Notes under the pieces: generated by a model
What the model was told of the DNA's origin: nothing
What the model saw: the letters and a program-made list of their open reading frames with translations, nothing else
Databases searched by the model: none
Source: Felis catus
Lineage: Eukaryota
Assembly: GCF_018350175.1 (NCBI RefSeq)
Contig: NC_058368.1
Location: 14,448,001 to 14,512,000 of the forward strand
Length of the DNA: 64,000 nucleotides
Reading direction: 5' to 3'
In this document: in pieces, positions 62,166 to 64,000 of the stretch
Layout: each line of letters opens with the position of its first letter
Numbering within the stretch: the stretch's first letter is position 1
Position numbers and translations under genes: made by a program

Positions 62166-63029
62166 AAGAAATATTTTACTTTTAATATATTTTATTTTAG
62201 AAAACTGTTGCTCATGTGGTAGACCTATGTTTAAAAGTACTCTTTATATATATTATCTGCAATCTGGTCTCCCCCTTTGAGGGAATATCATGTATTTTGT
62301 AATTTGTAGATATGATTTCTGACACTTTTCAACCTATAAATTGGTACTTCCGGATACATGGGGTTATTTCATGCACCTCCTTGAATAACAGATTATTTCT
62401 TCAGTTTGTATTTTGAATGTGAAGGATTTATACTTCTATGATGCATTATATTTCTAAAATCTATACTTATTTTTAGAATTGGCCATCCATTTCCATACTA
62501 CTCTTACATACTTGAATGCTGCCAGTAATGTCAGTGTAAGGATACGGGATCCACAAATTCAACCCTAGAAACTGCTACATATCAGTAGCTCTCAGTCACA
62601 GCATTCCACAATACACTTGTGGAGCCCAGAACTGTGCCTGACGCAAAGTAGTTGCTCAGTAAATATTTGCTGGGTGAATGATTGAATCATATAGGAGTAA
62701 TAATGTCAATGATTTCAATATGTGGTCTGTTATGTCCAAACTAGTTAAACTGAACGAATCCTCCATTCAGGCGAATAAAGTAGCCAAAAATTGTTGGACC
62801 AGATTTTTCTCTTGTTCACACGATCGCACCCAACCGATTAAACAGAACCTTTCATGTGGGTGCTAATAATGAATACCATATTGGAAAGAGTGTGACTTAG
62901 AGTTTAATAATTTCCTGCTCTTGAACCTGGGCTCTGCTGTTTACTAGCCTCATTGCCCTGGGTAAATGAGTATCTATGGTCTTCCCATTTCTCACCTGTG
63001 AAATGTGGAGACATACTTTATAAGTGTTT

Positions 63030-63780
63030 TTTTTTTAATCATTATCATAAAATGCATTTGCTTTCAGTGTACCATTGAATGATTTTTAGTAGATTTACAG
63101 AGTGGTGTGACCATCCCCACAATCTAATTTTAGAACATCTCCATCATCCCAGAAAGATCCTGTGACTATTTTCAGTCACTCTCTATACCCACCTCCAGCC
63201 CTAGGCAACCATTAATCTGTTTTCTATCTCCACAAGTTTGCCTTTTCTGGACATGTTATATAAATGGAACTGATTAATACGTGTTCTTTTGTGTTTGACT
63301 TCTTTCACCTGGCATAGTTTTTGAGATCAATCCATGTTGCAGCCCGTGTCAGTACTTGGCTCTTTTTCATAACGGCACTCCATGTTTTGTTGATCTACTC
63401 ATCAGTTGAACATTTGGGTTGTTTCCACTTTGGGGCTGTTGTAAGTAATGCCGCTCTGAACACTCCTGTATCAGTCTCTATGTGGACACACGTTTTCATT
63501 GCTTTGGGATGTATACCTAGAGTAGGGTTGTTGAGTCATGGTAAATTTATGTCTAACTTCTAAGAAATTACCTATTTTGCAAAGGGTCTGTACCATTTTA
63601 GGTTCCCACTAACAACAGATGCCTGTTTCAATCCTTCCACATCTTCACCAACACTTGTTATCGCCTGTTTTTTATTATAACCATTCTAGTAGATGTGAAA
63701 TAAAATCTCATTATGGTTTAATTTCCATTTTTCTAGTGACTAACGATGTTGACTGTCTTTTCATGTGCTTTTTAGATGCT
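63030..63780 (-). mobile_element. L1MB-like 3' end, antisense
   Basis: tttagtagatttacagag...ccagccctaggcaaccattaatctg...catttgggttgtttccactttggggct...tccacatcttcaccaacacttg. Confidence 0.85.
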
Positions 63781-64000
63781 GAAACATCTTACATGTATTT
63801 TAATAAAACATTAAGTAGTGACTCATTACAGATACAACCTTTGTGCTCCTCATTAGTGAAATGCCTACAGAATTAATAATTTTATTAATGATATGCCTAA
63901 CTGAAAAAAGAAAAGGCATCTGTGCTTCTAAAAGCAAATCCTCAAGGTAGCATCATACACAGAATGTCTTCAATACAGGGAAAGAGAATTATTATGGATA

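Overview
Mammalian (carnivore, felid-type) genomic DNA; nothing in it is prokaryotic. The window lies entirely inside the neurobeachin gene (NBEA) on the + strand. It holds five consecutive coding exons: 3659-3774, 15615-15727, 36938-37078, 47254-47373 and 59783-59935. All have canonical AG/GT boundaries and compatible phases, and they splice into one open frame encoding the PH-BEACH linker and the N-terminal part of the BEACH domain ([39 protein letters not shown]...[13 protein letters not shown]...[17 protein letters not shown]). The rest is intron: about 31 tRNA-derived carnivore SINEs (CanSINE/SINEC_Fc type), L1 fragments, old MIR/L2/MaLR/hAT relics, microsatellites and several repeat-free, motif-dense blocks that may be conserved enhancers. 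Nearly all ORF-track entries are spurious translations of SINEs or microsatellites. I found no convincing new protein-coding system. The most notable observations are: a 53-bp fold-back inversion in a SINE that copies flanking DNA; a twin-primed (5'-inverted) L1; a retrotransposon target site hit repeatedly; an orphan poly(A) insertion; an LTR-internal-LTR MaLR; a possible D->G change in the BEACH domain; and candidate enhancers. Repeat family names come from my memory of consensus sequences, and repeat boundaries are approximate.
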